Source: Botryllus schlosseri | Taxonomy: Eukaryota | Reading direction: 5' to 3' | Assembly: GCA_051294905.1 (NCBI GenBank) | Contig: CM119374.1 | Span: 22,878,001 to 22,942,000, forward strand | Length of the DNA: 64,000 nt | Part shown: piece by piece, positions 53,238-64,000 of the stretch | How the letters are laid out: the number at the start of each line of letters is the position of its first letter | Numbering within the stretch: the first letter of the stretch is position 1 | Translations under genes and position numbers: made by a program | The notes under the pieces: model-generated | Seen by the model: the letters and a program-made list of their open reading frames with translations, nothing else | What the model was told of the DNA's origin: nothing | The model's database searches: none

Positions 53238-53260
53238 ATGGAGCGGTTTTCGTTTATGAG
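53238..53260 (+). CDS. Candidate proximal first coding exon of MOB2 (MERFSFM-R)
   Basis: ATG...ATGAG|GTAAAA is a phase-2 donor 662 nt upstream of exon 53923. An alternative is 53293-53312 (MSALGC-G) with the weaker donor GTATTA. Confidence 0.35.
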
Positions 53261-53922
53261 GTAAAACGATTGAGTTATACGAAGTCGTAATCATGTCGGC
53301 TCTTGGCTGTGGGTATTATTTGCGTTTGGTTGCTGATTTCGACTCTGTCTTAGCAACGGTCGATTATTTACCCGCTGTTTCGACGCCAGCTTGTTGGATA
53401 ACAAATGCTGATGTCCGATTTCGAAATGCTTCCATGGGTATTCAACACGCTATTGTACACATCCCCGGCTATAATTACGAGCGCCTAAAATAGCGGGCGC
53501 GAAATTACGGTATTCGGGAGAGGTAGATTATGTTGAATCCAAGGTAGCACTTTGCTGGTGGTATTTGAGGTCGAATGTAATTCCGTGTTCAGAAGGATTT
53601 CGATGATTATGCTCATCTGAAAAAGCAACTGAAATAAATTGGGACTGAAGTATGTGAAACAGAAATGTCTTTCGTTCCTGATAGTGAATTGCCTCACAAA
53701 TTATTTTGCCTTGCTGTAATATCTTGGTGACAATTGATCTATTAATACCTTAATTTTATGTTCTATCCAATTTCACAACCGGCATTTGGTAAAGGCGTCG
53801 TGTCATCTACAACGTTTTTAGAAGTAATATTTGATGGATGAAGTATAGTGCATTTTCCTTCACCTAGTGTTTCGCTAGATGAAGATATTTCCTCATTGAC
53901 TATATCTTCGTTTCATTTGCAG

Positions 53923-54071
53923 AAAAAACAAAAAGCCAAAGCCAGTGGTGAAGGAAGAACAACCGTATCTGAATCCAGATTTAACCCGTCCCACGCCAGA
54001 AAATATTTGCCTACATCAAGTGGTGCAGTTACCGCCGAAAATTGACCAGAGGGAGTGGGTAGCAACACAAG
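53923..54071 (+). CDS. MOB2: MOB kinase activator 2-like, coding exon (KNKKPKPVVKEEQPYLNPDL...VVQLPPKIDQREWVATQ)
   Basis: Acceptor tttcatttgcAG, donor G|GTGAG; matches the MOB2 YL...VxLPxxIDxxEWxA motif; in frame with the next exon. Confidence 0.9.
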
Positions 54072-54249
54072 GTGAGATTGTGCGCGTTTATGTAGTTGAA
54101 TTTTCTGACTAGACCTTCAACTTGCGCCTATCAACAGTTAATTGATGGCAATATAATCGTGATTAGGTAATGGTCCTGATAATCATCAAAAAGTCAACAA
54201 AATCGTAATTTTTGACCTGGATAGCCATCTCAACACGCTCTTTTCCCAT

Positions 54250-56800
54250 TGTAACTACTAGATTACCATATGAAACACTAATTCAGTTGTATTATTGCAA
54301 ATTTTCTGTTCAAAACTTCTTGGCTGTGATAGACAACGGATTTTGTGACTTGCATGTATTTTTGAAATATTTTTGCCGACACTATAGTATTATAACAAAT
54401 CAGTCTCCAAGTCGGAAGTAAGATCTTGAGTCTCTTCTGAGTAATACACACACATTCGGTCCGTTTATTAGCAAATCGAGCTCTGTTCTATTCTTGGTTG
54501 ACACTGTATTGTCCTTTGATATGGCGTGGCGTTACAGTGGGTTACTGACAGCTAGTCTTTTGTGTGGTTCAACTGAAAGCCTGGTCTGTTTACCGTCCTT
54601 TGTGCCTTGTATATTGTCTTTGCGGATTTGGTTTGGCTTAGTGGAAGTGATGGTTCCATAGTAGGCTATGTCTCTAACTTTTTTGATTGGTTGTCAGAGA
54701 TTGGAAGCCTCCCCTCTCTCGCTGTAACAGTAGATAAGCTGTTCTTGGTAGTTAGACTTGTTTTATGTGATCTTTGAAATGATGGATTGTGCCAAATGGT
54801 TTTTAGGTGAAAATGCAAGATATTTTCAACAATATGACCCAGGCTGAGATAACTCACCCGTCAATTGTGAGGGTCTGGTCCTATTCTGAATTTCTCAAGA
54901 ATCCAGACTCCGACTGTTTGAATATTTTATGCTTAGATCCAAATAATACCTAAATCTAGGAATCCATTTTGTTCGAGTCCCAATCCAGATTCATGCTTAC
55001 CAGCATGTCATCCTAGGTTAATCCCATATCACCAGTAGTATGGTGACAATGTAATGACGGTTCTGAGGGATGGGCTACTATGATTTGCATCCAGACTTTT
55101 TCAATGAAACCCATAGACTGCTTTATGGTTTATAAAGGCTTTGGTTATGTGTAGGATATGACTCACGATCCATATCACATCTCTCATAGAACATGGACGC
55201 ATTTCACCATACTAAAACTGGTGACCAATATCCTGGGCATTGTTATATTTCCATAGTACGGTGTCAACGCAGCTAAGTCTGTAGTCAGTGGGATGTTGTA
55301 TTTTCTTTTGTGCCGAAATGATACGGAATCTTTGGTTGCTATTCAAAAGTGTTGATTGCAATGGTTTCAAGCTATATAGAACTAGGAAGAAGTTCGTATT
55401 CGGTTACTGCCATGTCTAGTCAGGGATAGTTGATCCTTTCTGTATCCCCTGATTTTTTTAGTATCATGTTACACCGACCGTTGTTCTATCTATTTTGTTA
55501 TCGTTGTCTCGTTTCTATCTTGAATCGAGCAACACTATTGTCAAACTGATAATGGCTCAAACCCCGTGACATAATGGGTCTGGTATTTTTGACGGGATAC
55601 ATGGTCCCACGTTCTAGCATATTCCACGAGTTTTTCTATCACATACCTTGCACGGTCGCCTTGCCTTGTTTGAGGAAATTAATCTTACTGAGAATAGCAA
55701 TTGATGAGGTTCTCATCAGCTCTACAATTCCTGTAATTGGATTTGACTCGATTCTTCTAGTGGATATAGATTTTTTATTGCATTGTATGATTTGTATTGG
55801 ACTTTAGTTCACTTGTTCTTAGTAACAAATCAGTTATTGCCACTTTTGTTAAGTATTAGTAGAAGATCTGGGTCATCTTGAATCTAGTGTCTTATATATT
55901 GAAAATTTTAGTATGATAGGCCTAGTCAGTATGACTGCTGTTCTGATGACAGAAATTGATGCGGCCAATCGTATCCTTTTCTATTTCTAAATATGTGTGC
56001 CCCTTTTCCCATATACATTACATTCAAATTTGGGATATGATGAAATGGACCCGCATGGCTTCCTTGGAAACAATATTGCCAGACTAAGCCGTATTCTTCC
56101 TATTGATTTCCAACAGTCTGATGCAGACATATTTTGCGGCGGCTTCGTTAATTATTCATTCGCCAAGGTTGCTGCGAGTGTAGGTCCCGGTGTTTTGTCT
56201 TGTGCTGTTGATGCAATTGAAATTGACATTCGTGGGTTTGACGATCACTAGATCATTACAACTGTGTAAGATTGCTCAAAGTTTTTGATACCTGATTCTC
56301 AACTTCAGGGATAATTGGTGCCTTAATTTTAATGTGCGTGACTTGCGAATAATGTTGGTTTGTACAAAATTTTCTTGGAAATTCGACTTGTTTTCACTGT
56401 CTGATCAGTGGAATCTGATGATTGCTTCGAATGAGTGTAGCACAGATAATGAATTCTTCTATTGACATGCTAGTCAATTTATTCATTAAATTATCAAGCA
56501 TATGACATTCTCAATTCACCTGTTTCAAACTATTTTTCGCTACGCCACAAAATTTTGTCTGATGTTGGTTTTGTATCTATTTTTACCTTTGATTATGAGG
56601 TACTCGAATGTAGCAGTGTTCTAGCTGTCTCAAATCGCACAATCAACAAATTGTTGCAGCATAACCCTGTTGAAGAATCTACTTCCAATCAAATTGTTGG
56701 TGTGCAGTCATTTTATCCTCATGGTAATGTAATTCAGTGCAAGATTGAAATCAATACAATACCCTATACCTTGTACATAAAGCGCTTTATTTCGGATAAA
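54250..56800 (-). mobile_element. Decayed CR1/L2-like LINE remnant inside a MOB2 intron
   Basis: Frameshifted minus-strand fragments resemble RT motifs: SG-IQKGSTIP at ~55420-55460 (SGVPQGS) and AQ-WSP at ~55215-55245. Boundaries approximate. Confidence 0.4.
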
Positions 56801-56950
56801 AAAAAAGTAGTTTGCACTTTCTCATTTATTAATTATACATTTCCAGCCTAGTGTTTGCGATGGGTGCGCATAAATATAAATCGATCCTGTAAATCCTGTG
56901 ATGCAGATTCTCTCTGTCTGCGATTTTTACGAGGTCTTCTTCTTTTCCAG

Positions 56951-57047
56951 TGATTTCATTATTCCACAATATCAACCTCGAATATGGTACTATGTCCGAG
57001 TTCTGCACAGCCGACACGTGTCCTACTATGCAAGGTGCAGGTCAAAT
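56951..57047 (+). CDS. MOB2: MOB2-like coding exon (V-ISLFHNINLEYGTMSEFCTADTCPTMQGAGQ)
   Basis: Acceptor tcttttccAG, donor AT|GTAAG; contains the MOB-fold EFCxxxxC zinc-ligand cysteines. Confidence 0.95.
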
Positions 57048-57111
57048 GTAAGATTTCTCATTTTTTGACACTGCGTTTTTTTACAGTTGTATAACATGCG
57101 TCATTTTACAG

Positions 57112-57236
57112 ACAATATTTGTGGCTCGACGACAGGGGGAAGAAGTTGAAATGCACAGCTCCGCAATATATCGATTACGTAATGACTTATTGTCAGAAGT
57201 GTGTCAGCAACGAAAAATTATTCCCCACCAAATATG
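57112..57236 (+). CDS. MOB2: MOB2-like coding exon (I-QYLWLDDRGKKLKCTAPQYIDYVMTYCQKCVSNEKLFPTKY)
   Basis: Follows a 64-nt intron (57048-57111); the GKKxKCTAPQY and FPTKY motifs match MOB2; donor G|GTAAG. Confidence 0.95.
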
Positions 57237-58820
57237 GTAAGATTTCGATTTGCTAATAGACTGCTAACTTTTTTATTCTACCTGTTACGCTTCCCTACTT
57301 TTTCACTAATCAGGCATAGAATGTGAGGTTATTTCTTGTGCTTGAAATTCCTGTGGTTCGGCCCATATTGCAGTTGTTAGTACCTATCCGACATTTTTGC
57401 TACTCTACCAGGCGATGTACTCTTTTTGTCATCTGAATTAACTTCTCCCTATATCATGTATTTCGTTATACTTGAAATCAGTTTTCAACCGCCTGGCTCA
57501 TGCTTGGGTTTTTCTAAAATGACCCGATTGACGATTCACTTATTTTCTCCATGCTGATTAGTCTGGAGTTTTGGGAGAAAATGTCGGTTCAAGTTGTTCA
57601 ACGTGAGCGATAAGCGGATGCATTGAGTTAGTTTGCCTGTCTCTTAATTGAGACCGATGGGACCAGTCTCCTTCTCTATGCTTGTTCAATTCATCAATAC
57701 TGATTAGTCTGTCTGTAAAACAGTCCAATCCATTCTTCAGTTTGTGTTTTTGCGTGAAGCGTTTCGTTACCCCTTTTTCAAGCTTGTACGTAGTCGACCC
57801 CGACAGTTTGATCCTGTGTTTTGCGCTGTGTGATTCATGCGATGTTCCCCATGACGTCGATTGCCACGTCAATTATGCCGGGAAGCTGACTGTTCGTGAA
57901 ATTTTTTTTTTTTCAACATGCAGAGATGGCTGTGTGTTGGTGCATTCTATATTCAAGTCAAATTTCTAGCGCAATGAGATATACAAGGTCATAAATAATA
58001 TGACATTGAGTTTAATGTGATATCAATGGAGGTACTACTTGTTAGCTCGGGTAATCTAAAAGAAGTAGGTCTGTAAATTTCTACTCGATTACAAGTAGAA
58101 GTAACAAAAACATGTCAAAGCTACAAGTCAAAGTAGAAATGAAGGTGTGAAAAGTTCTAAGTAGATTCGGACAAGGGTTCGCTCACTTTCAGTAGATAAT
58201 CTGAGGAGATTACCGTAGAAGTTGCAAACCCTGCTTTGTTACTAACAATAACTAACGACTCTGCAAATAGGTGCATTTTCGTTTACCATTACTTCTCACT
58301 CGTAAAATAAACGATTCGTGCATGCCCCAACAGTACCTAAAACTTTGAACACAATCCAAAGCTTATCAAGTAGTTTTACTTTGACAAACTGTTGGGTAGT
58401 AGTGGAAGTGATAGAAGGGTTCACTGGAGGTGAATCTGAAGGCTCACACCCGACTCATGGCAGATGGCGCAATAATTTTCAGTAAATATTCCTTCTTGCA
58501 ATCCTTTTGTTTTGTGTGAAAATCATGTACTTATGGTCTTGTCCTTTTAACACTTGTTGTCGACGCGCTAGTATTCTACACTAAATGTATTCGACCTACT
58601 AGATTTTTGTTACTCGGGCGAACATTTGGGGTTCGCCGAATGCTTGCAGATTAACGTAAGCCGTAAACTTGTTGGTCATGGTTAAGACCCACTGGTTTAA
58701 TCATTCATACTGAGTCGACTTCGTGATGATCGGCAATGGAATCGAAAGCCTAGCACTCTCAGCTCCGACACTTGATTTTGCCCTAAAACCATCTGTAGTC
58801 TGAACTATCGCTTTTTTCAG

Positions 58821-59248
58821 CGCAAACCTTTGGCGAGACGTTCTACGGCGACATCTCTAAAGTGCTCCGTTTCCTATTCCACGTCCTCTCGCACATGTAC
58901 TCCGCCCATTTCGCGCAGCTCCACAAGTTCGCATTGCACGGACATCTCAACATCATATTCATGCATTTCGTGTTACTCGTCAAAGAGTTTGGGCTATTGG
59001 ACGATAAGGAACTAGAACCTCTGAAGGATCTTATCGCGCTGATGCAGATTTCGAAAAGCAAACGCGTTGAGGAACCGGCACGCAGCTCGGACTCGTCTCC
59101 GTCTACGTCTGGCAAATCGAAGAGCCCTTTATCTCCCGGTAACGCCGGGCCGCAGACTTATAACACTTTTTCGTCGGGGCAGTATTCGTCCAGTTTTGGG
59201 CGTAGTAACGGGATGGTGTCCGGCTCGAACAGCTACGTGGCTTCGTAG
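58821..59248 (+). CDS. MOB2: MOB2-like terminal coding exon (A-QTFGETF...FLFHVLSHMYSAHF...LHGHLN...KEFGLLDDKELEPLKDLI...VAS*)
   Basis: Acceptor cttttttcAG; HMYSAH zinc-ligand histidines and the LHGHLN motif of MOB2; stop TAG at 59246-59248. The four exons give ~266 aa plus the first exon. Confidence 0.95.
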
Positions 59249-60749
59249 AACTAGGCCCACGCGGGGTTGTACCCGACTGTGGTTCGTTTGGGTTTTATTT
59301 TCAAAAAACCCTGGCCCCTACGGGGCCGATGTGTGGCCCTGGTGCTAATTCGGACAAGTCTGGCGAGGTTCGGGTCTAGCGTGCTATGTTGTCCGCGTTG
59401 AGAAGTGCTCCCTGAGAAGAACACAATTGATGATGCGAAACATTGTAAACTTTCAACATTTATTGAAGATGGTCGTAGGATACTCTTCTCAATGTAGATA
59501 AGGCGCGTTAGATCCTACGTTTCTGTACCCTGTCCTGGTCTGTCCGTGTCTCGGCCGTCCCTCGTACAACGTGGGCCGGAAACGTTCTGCCGCGTGGCGC
59601 TGCCGAACCCCCGCAGTGTATGACGCACGCTGCGCTGGCAGGACGAAGCAAAAGTATCGGTCGCGGTTGCGATTTGATTCTGGGTTTGTTTACGGAATTA
59701 CACAGCGTTACCGCGATTTCTTGCTGGGCGCGCTTTTTATGCACACGCGCCCCTATTATTAGCCCGGCGCCCTGGGACAATCCAACGCGGACGAATATTA
59801 AGTTATATTATTTATGCAGTAGCCGATCTTGTTGTTTCGAGCGGACCGGCGTCTTCCAGTTTTCCAAGCCCGCGCGAACTCTGAAACCATAGAAAAACTG
59901 CGATTTAGAGAGATGTACCCTTGCCTGCATCTTACCGATGTTGCTCTGTCCAGAGAATTGGTTATTTTGCCGTAAGTTTCTAGCAATTTTTTGAAATTCT
60001 CTACACGCATTGTTTTTTCCGAGCCTGACAAACTATTTATGAAAGTGATATTCTAACGGCGATATATTGTCCTTTTCCTGCTGGTAATCTATCTGTATCC
60101 ATTTGACACGAGAGGTTTGATTATTCGGCGGTTTGGGATAATGGCTGCCTGAATTTGTCGAACCTTAAGCCTGACAAAACGAGTCGAATTTACGACTGGG
60201 TTTTTCCGTATTGATCCCGCGATTTGCAAGACTAAATTTCATGACAAGTTGTTCACTGCCATCGACTCGAGTGATTTGACTGGACTCTGGTGCGATAGAC
60301 TTTGACGGCTGTTGCACTTTGCTTGCTGGTAAGGACGGAGTCCGTTTCAATGCTATACACTTTTAACGCCCGCTCTCTATAAAGTTAACCCGTCGTTTAG
60401 AATGCAGCGCTGTTTCTGTCGATTTTTACGCTACTTGCTTTTTCCTTATTACGATTCCGTATTGTTTAGTCATTCTTCATTTAGGTGACGTATCAATGGA
60501 AGCACTGTCAACGGAATGGGCGTTGTGTTTTTGTGAATGACTGGGGGACGCGTTAGGGACTTGACGGTTAGACGAGATTCTTGAGCGTTAGATAAGGAGT
60601 AGGCTACTTCCTGGGGCTGGAAGGCACAGATCGGTACGATTGTGTGTAAATTCCGGTTTTAGTAGGAAGGAGGAACGTTGCTGCATAGCATCGGGCATTA
60701 TTTCGTCGAAAGAAGACGTGACTCCTGTTTTCTACTCAACACGACCGAG

Positions 60750-61190
60750 TAGGGCTGGGCATGGGCACAGAGATTCGAGTCGAGCTGTAAAACACAATTT
60801 TTGCTAGTATTGAAATTATACGCTCCTCGCCACTGAAAGCTAATTCATCAACGAGAAGTGTAGTTTCGATTCAATTTTCCACTGTGAAAGCCTTGAAAGC
60901 TTGATTGGCCATACCGCAGCATACGAAACAGTACAAAGAAAGCTACGGACGTTACTGGAAATAACACTTTTCTGGAGTCATGATCATCCCACAGCATTGT
61001 CACAGAGTGCAACGAAAACGGTGTGGTCGAAAAATAACAAATAATCGTAATGTGATGAGTAACAGGCATTATATTCTTTGTGGTGGCATAAAAGGTACAT
61101 ATTTGAAATTGACATATTACATTCTGTTATGACGTCATAATGAGTGACACTAGACTCGAAGCACAATACGTGAATTAGAATCGAACCACG
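60750..61190 (+). mobile_element. Family C hAT MITE, right end truncated
   Basis: Starts TAGGGCTGGGCA; colinear with 35072-35540. Confidence 0.7.
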
Positions 61191-61596
61191 TGCTAGATAA
61201 GGGGCGGGCAACAGAAGGCCCGCGGACAGTTTCCCGTCTTAGTTGATAATGTGGCCCGGTGTCCGGTCAATACCACGGAAACCAATACCGAGAATGGACA
61301 TTACCAAGAATGCGTGCGAGAGTGGAGCTTATACGCATAAGTTCGTAGAAGCGAGAAGACTTGCATTATCGGCATTTACGATGAACTCAACCCTAATGAA
61401 TTGATGTCTTGGTAAATTTGAGGTACCAGGCTTATCGAACGCCTTGAAGTCTTAATTAAGGATTGCACCATGTGTTGATTGGTCAGAGAGAAGCAGACAT
61501 GGCGGCGCCTGTATGACAATGGTGTTCTCAAATCCTCGTTGTCTTCGTGATTATCGGTAAGAAATGGCTTTGAAATGACATCGCCGTCGTTACAAT

Positions 61597-62102
61597 TAGG
61601 GCTGGGCAAAATCGAGTACCTGAGTGATTCGATTCTGAATCCCGCATTATGCGTCGAGTATCACTCAATATGACGTCATAACAGAATTCAATGTGTCAAA
61701 GTTCAAATATGTACCCTTTATGTCAACACAAAGGAACATAATGCCTGCTATCCGTCACATTAAAGATACTTTGGTATTTTTTCGACCATACCGATTTCAT
61801 TGCACTTCTTGACAATGTTCATTGTTCAGGGATGATCATGACTTCAGAAATGTGTCATTTCCAGTAACGTTCGTAGCTCTGTACTACGTCTCGTATGCTG
61901 CGACACGGCCAATCAAGGTTTCAAGTCTGCTTTAGTGGAAAATAGTATCGAACCTATAATTCTCGTTAGTAAATTAACTTGCAGTTGCGAGGAGCCGATA
62001 ATTTCAGTACTCGAAAAAAATCGACTTTTATTACTCGACTCGAATAATTAAAATTAATACTCGATTCAGATTCGAGTACTCGAATCATTGTGCCCACCCC
62101 TA
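61597..62102 (-). mobile_element. Family C hAT MITE, full length (506 bp)
   Basis: TAGGGCTGGGCA...TGCCCACCCCTA; perfect 8-bp TSD GTTACAAT (61589-61596 and 62103-62110). Confidence 0.9.
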
Positions 62103-62427
62103 GTTACAATACATTCATTACATGCGATTTATTCCTTGTATATGGGGATAAATGGGCGAATAATCTATCGATTCAGCTATCCGACCCGCCAAGATACTTA
62201 ATTTTCCTACATCCGACCCGCCGACTGGAGAAGTTGCACGCGTTTCTAATGCACGCCCAAGAATGAAAGAAAATAATCTAAAATCTTGGTATAGGCCAGG
62301 CTATATATTCTGCAGATGGCAGAATTCATGGCCATCATTAATACCTGATTCTAGCGTGATCTAATCGATCTGGAGACGTACTGCGTTATGCGGCCCAGAA
62401 AGCGTGATCGTGATCGTTGTTTTCACG

Positions 62428-62857
62428 ATATTCAAAAATAACTTCTTTTCGGATTCCAGCCATTCACTGATTAAATTGTCAGGTTACCCTAAAAAACGCT
62501 GCACACCAAATTTGGTTCAATTCTAACGAGAGCCGATTCAAATTTTTAAATCAAGGATAATCCCAGAATTATCAACGAAAAACTAGAATAAGACCGCTTC
62601 TATACTAGTTGGAATTGAGCCATATTTGTTCTGCATTGTCTTTTGTGACAACTCAACAATTTCACGGAGTTGACAGAAAAATTTGAGAATATTTTTTAAA
62701 AATTTTTCCTAATAAATCAAAACTTTTAATTGGCTCTGCGGCGGCTTATACTTGTTAAAATTGAACCAAATTTGGTGTGCAGCATTTCATAGGGTAACCT
62801 GAAAATTTTATCAGTGAATGGCTGGAATCCGAAAAAAGTTACTTTGGAACAACCCTA
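62428..62857. mobile_element. Family B-related fold-back MITE (diverged subfamily)
   Basis: Inverted arms (ggattccagccattcactgat..ggttaccct..caccaaatttggttcaatt); right end CCCTA followed by ATGCACAA; left tip lost. Confidence 0.65.
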
Positions 62858-63058
62858 ATGCACAATCGAAGTGGCAGTTATTTTCGTAGATTAGCCTTCA
62901 TTACGTTGTTAGCGGTTAGCTGACGTCAATTCTTAAAAAAAAGCTTTTTATGAAGGGTAGGCCTATCATCCAACCTTTAAAAGCACATTTGCACTCGAAC
63001 AAGACTGCAAAAATACACAGCTGCAGAATATTTCGTGAACAACGCTGTTGCTATAACC

Positions 63059-63744
63059 CACGGCCGGCCAACCCGTGGCCCGCGAGGTAATTTCCGAAAT
63101 TGGTAATGTTATAAGAAATGAATTGCACAGATCGTGAACTTGCAAGGCCGACCAAAAATTTGATTAGTCTGGAAGCAAGACTTGACATGTTATGATTAAA
63201 ATATAAGTTACGACACATTGGCATTTCCGTGAGCCAGTCACACTTTGGTAGATCTTCGTACACTACAATAAAGCAGAATAATTTGCGATAAATCTATCAA
63301 AAGTAAATATTTTCTACACGCTTCGCGCAACATGTTGTCACTCGATTTCTTGCATTTAATATTGTTACCCCTTTGTGAAAATGAAAGAACGCCTAATGTA
63401 TCAGATGGAGTCTAACTATATTCTCGATTACGAGACAAAGTGTCGTTCATCATATGCGACCTAGCTTTTGCGCTCGCAGAAAGACCGTCGACTATGAAAC
63501 CTATAGACACAAAACGATTGACGCATGTTGGTCGAAGCTTTCGAAATTGATAAATCCAGGTGCTGAATAGTCCAGTCCTGGCAAACTGAGCCCAGCGATA
63601 TACTGCAGGCCCGCAATATAGTCAAGTGACAATATTATTGAGCTATTAACTTCGAAAAATTTTCGCGCTTCGCGCGGCTAGTGGCCCGCGCAATATTTCG
63701 TCGATCGAATGTGGCCCTTTGGCTGAAAAGGTTGGCCAGCCCTG
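63059..63744. mobile_element. hAT-Charlie-like MITE (686 bp)
   Basis: CACGGCCGGCCAACC / GGTTGGCCAGCCCTG termini with GGCCCGCG motifs; perfect TSD CTATAACC with central TA (63051-63058 and 63745-63752). Confidence 0.85.
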
Positions 63745-64000
63745 CTATAACCAGTAGAAACTACAATGTGGTAGTATAGAAACTGTGACGGACTTTATGC
63801 ATTCTGCAGCTAACCAGACCAGAGATGTATGTAATGGTAAGGGAAATGTACAAAGAAAATGCACTCGTTGTGAACTATACGGTGTACTGTACAAGTGTAC
63901 ATATACAATTATACATACATCCTTTCGAGGGATATCTCATTATGGAGAAAACGATCTCCGAAATCAACAGTACCGAAAAAATAGGGCTTTCGGGGCTCGA

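Noticed and set aside
57558-57872. LINE-like LEKGVTKRFTQ motif in the last MOB2 intron
   Set aside because: A single weak motif with no flanking RT motifs that I can verify.
1-64000. tRNA, rRNA, snRNA or spliced-leader RNA genes
   Set aside because: No cloverleaf and no U1, U2, U6, 5S or ascidian SL signature was found by eye; a tRNAscan-SE and Rfam scan would be needed to exclude them formally.

Overview
AT-rich eukaryotic genomic DNA, probably from a marine invertebrate such as a tunicate (inferred from a 64-nt intron, compact exons and a repeat landscape dominated by short elements). I can support one protein-coding gene: a MOB2-like kinase activator on the + strand. It has four spliced coding exons (53923-54071, 56951-57047, 57112-57236, 58821-59248) that join in frame. 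Its first coding exon is unresolved; several phase-compatible candidates lie between 13 kb and 53 kb. Bases 1 to ~5.8 kb are a heavily decayed Ty3/Gypsy element on the - strand. The rest is mostly non-autonomous DNA elements: several hAT-type MITE families with 8-bp target-site duplications (TSDs), long fold-back palindromes, a minisatellite-bearing repeat, and LINE remnants. The three most interesting signals are (1) a repeat family whose ~60-bp inverted termini each contain a minimal type-I hammerhead-ribozyme-like motif, (2) 30-39-bp hairpin elements with 7-bp TSDs, and (3) a small spliced unit on the - strand with a duplicated exon, lying head-to-head with a candidate MOB2 first exon. I saw no rRNA, tRNA or CRISPR array. 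Everything was read by eye, so boundaries of degenerate repeats are approximate. Repeat family letters A-G are my own labels.
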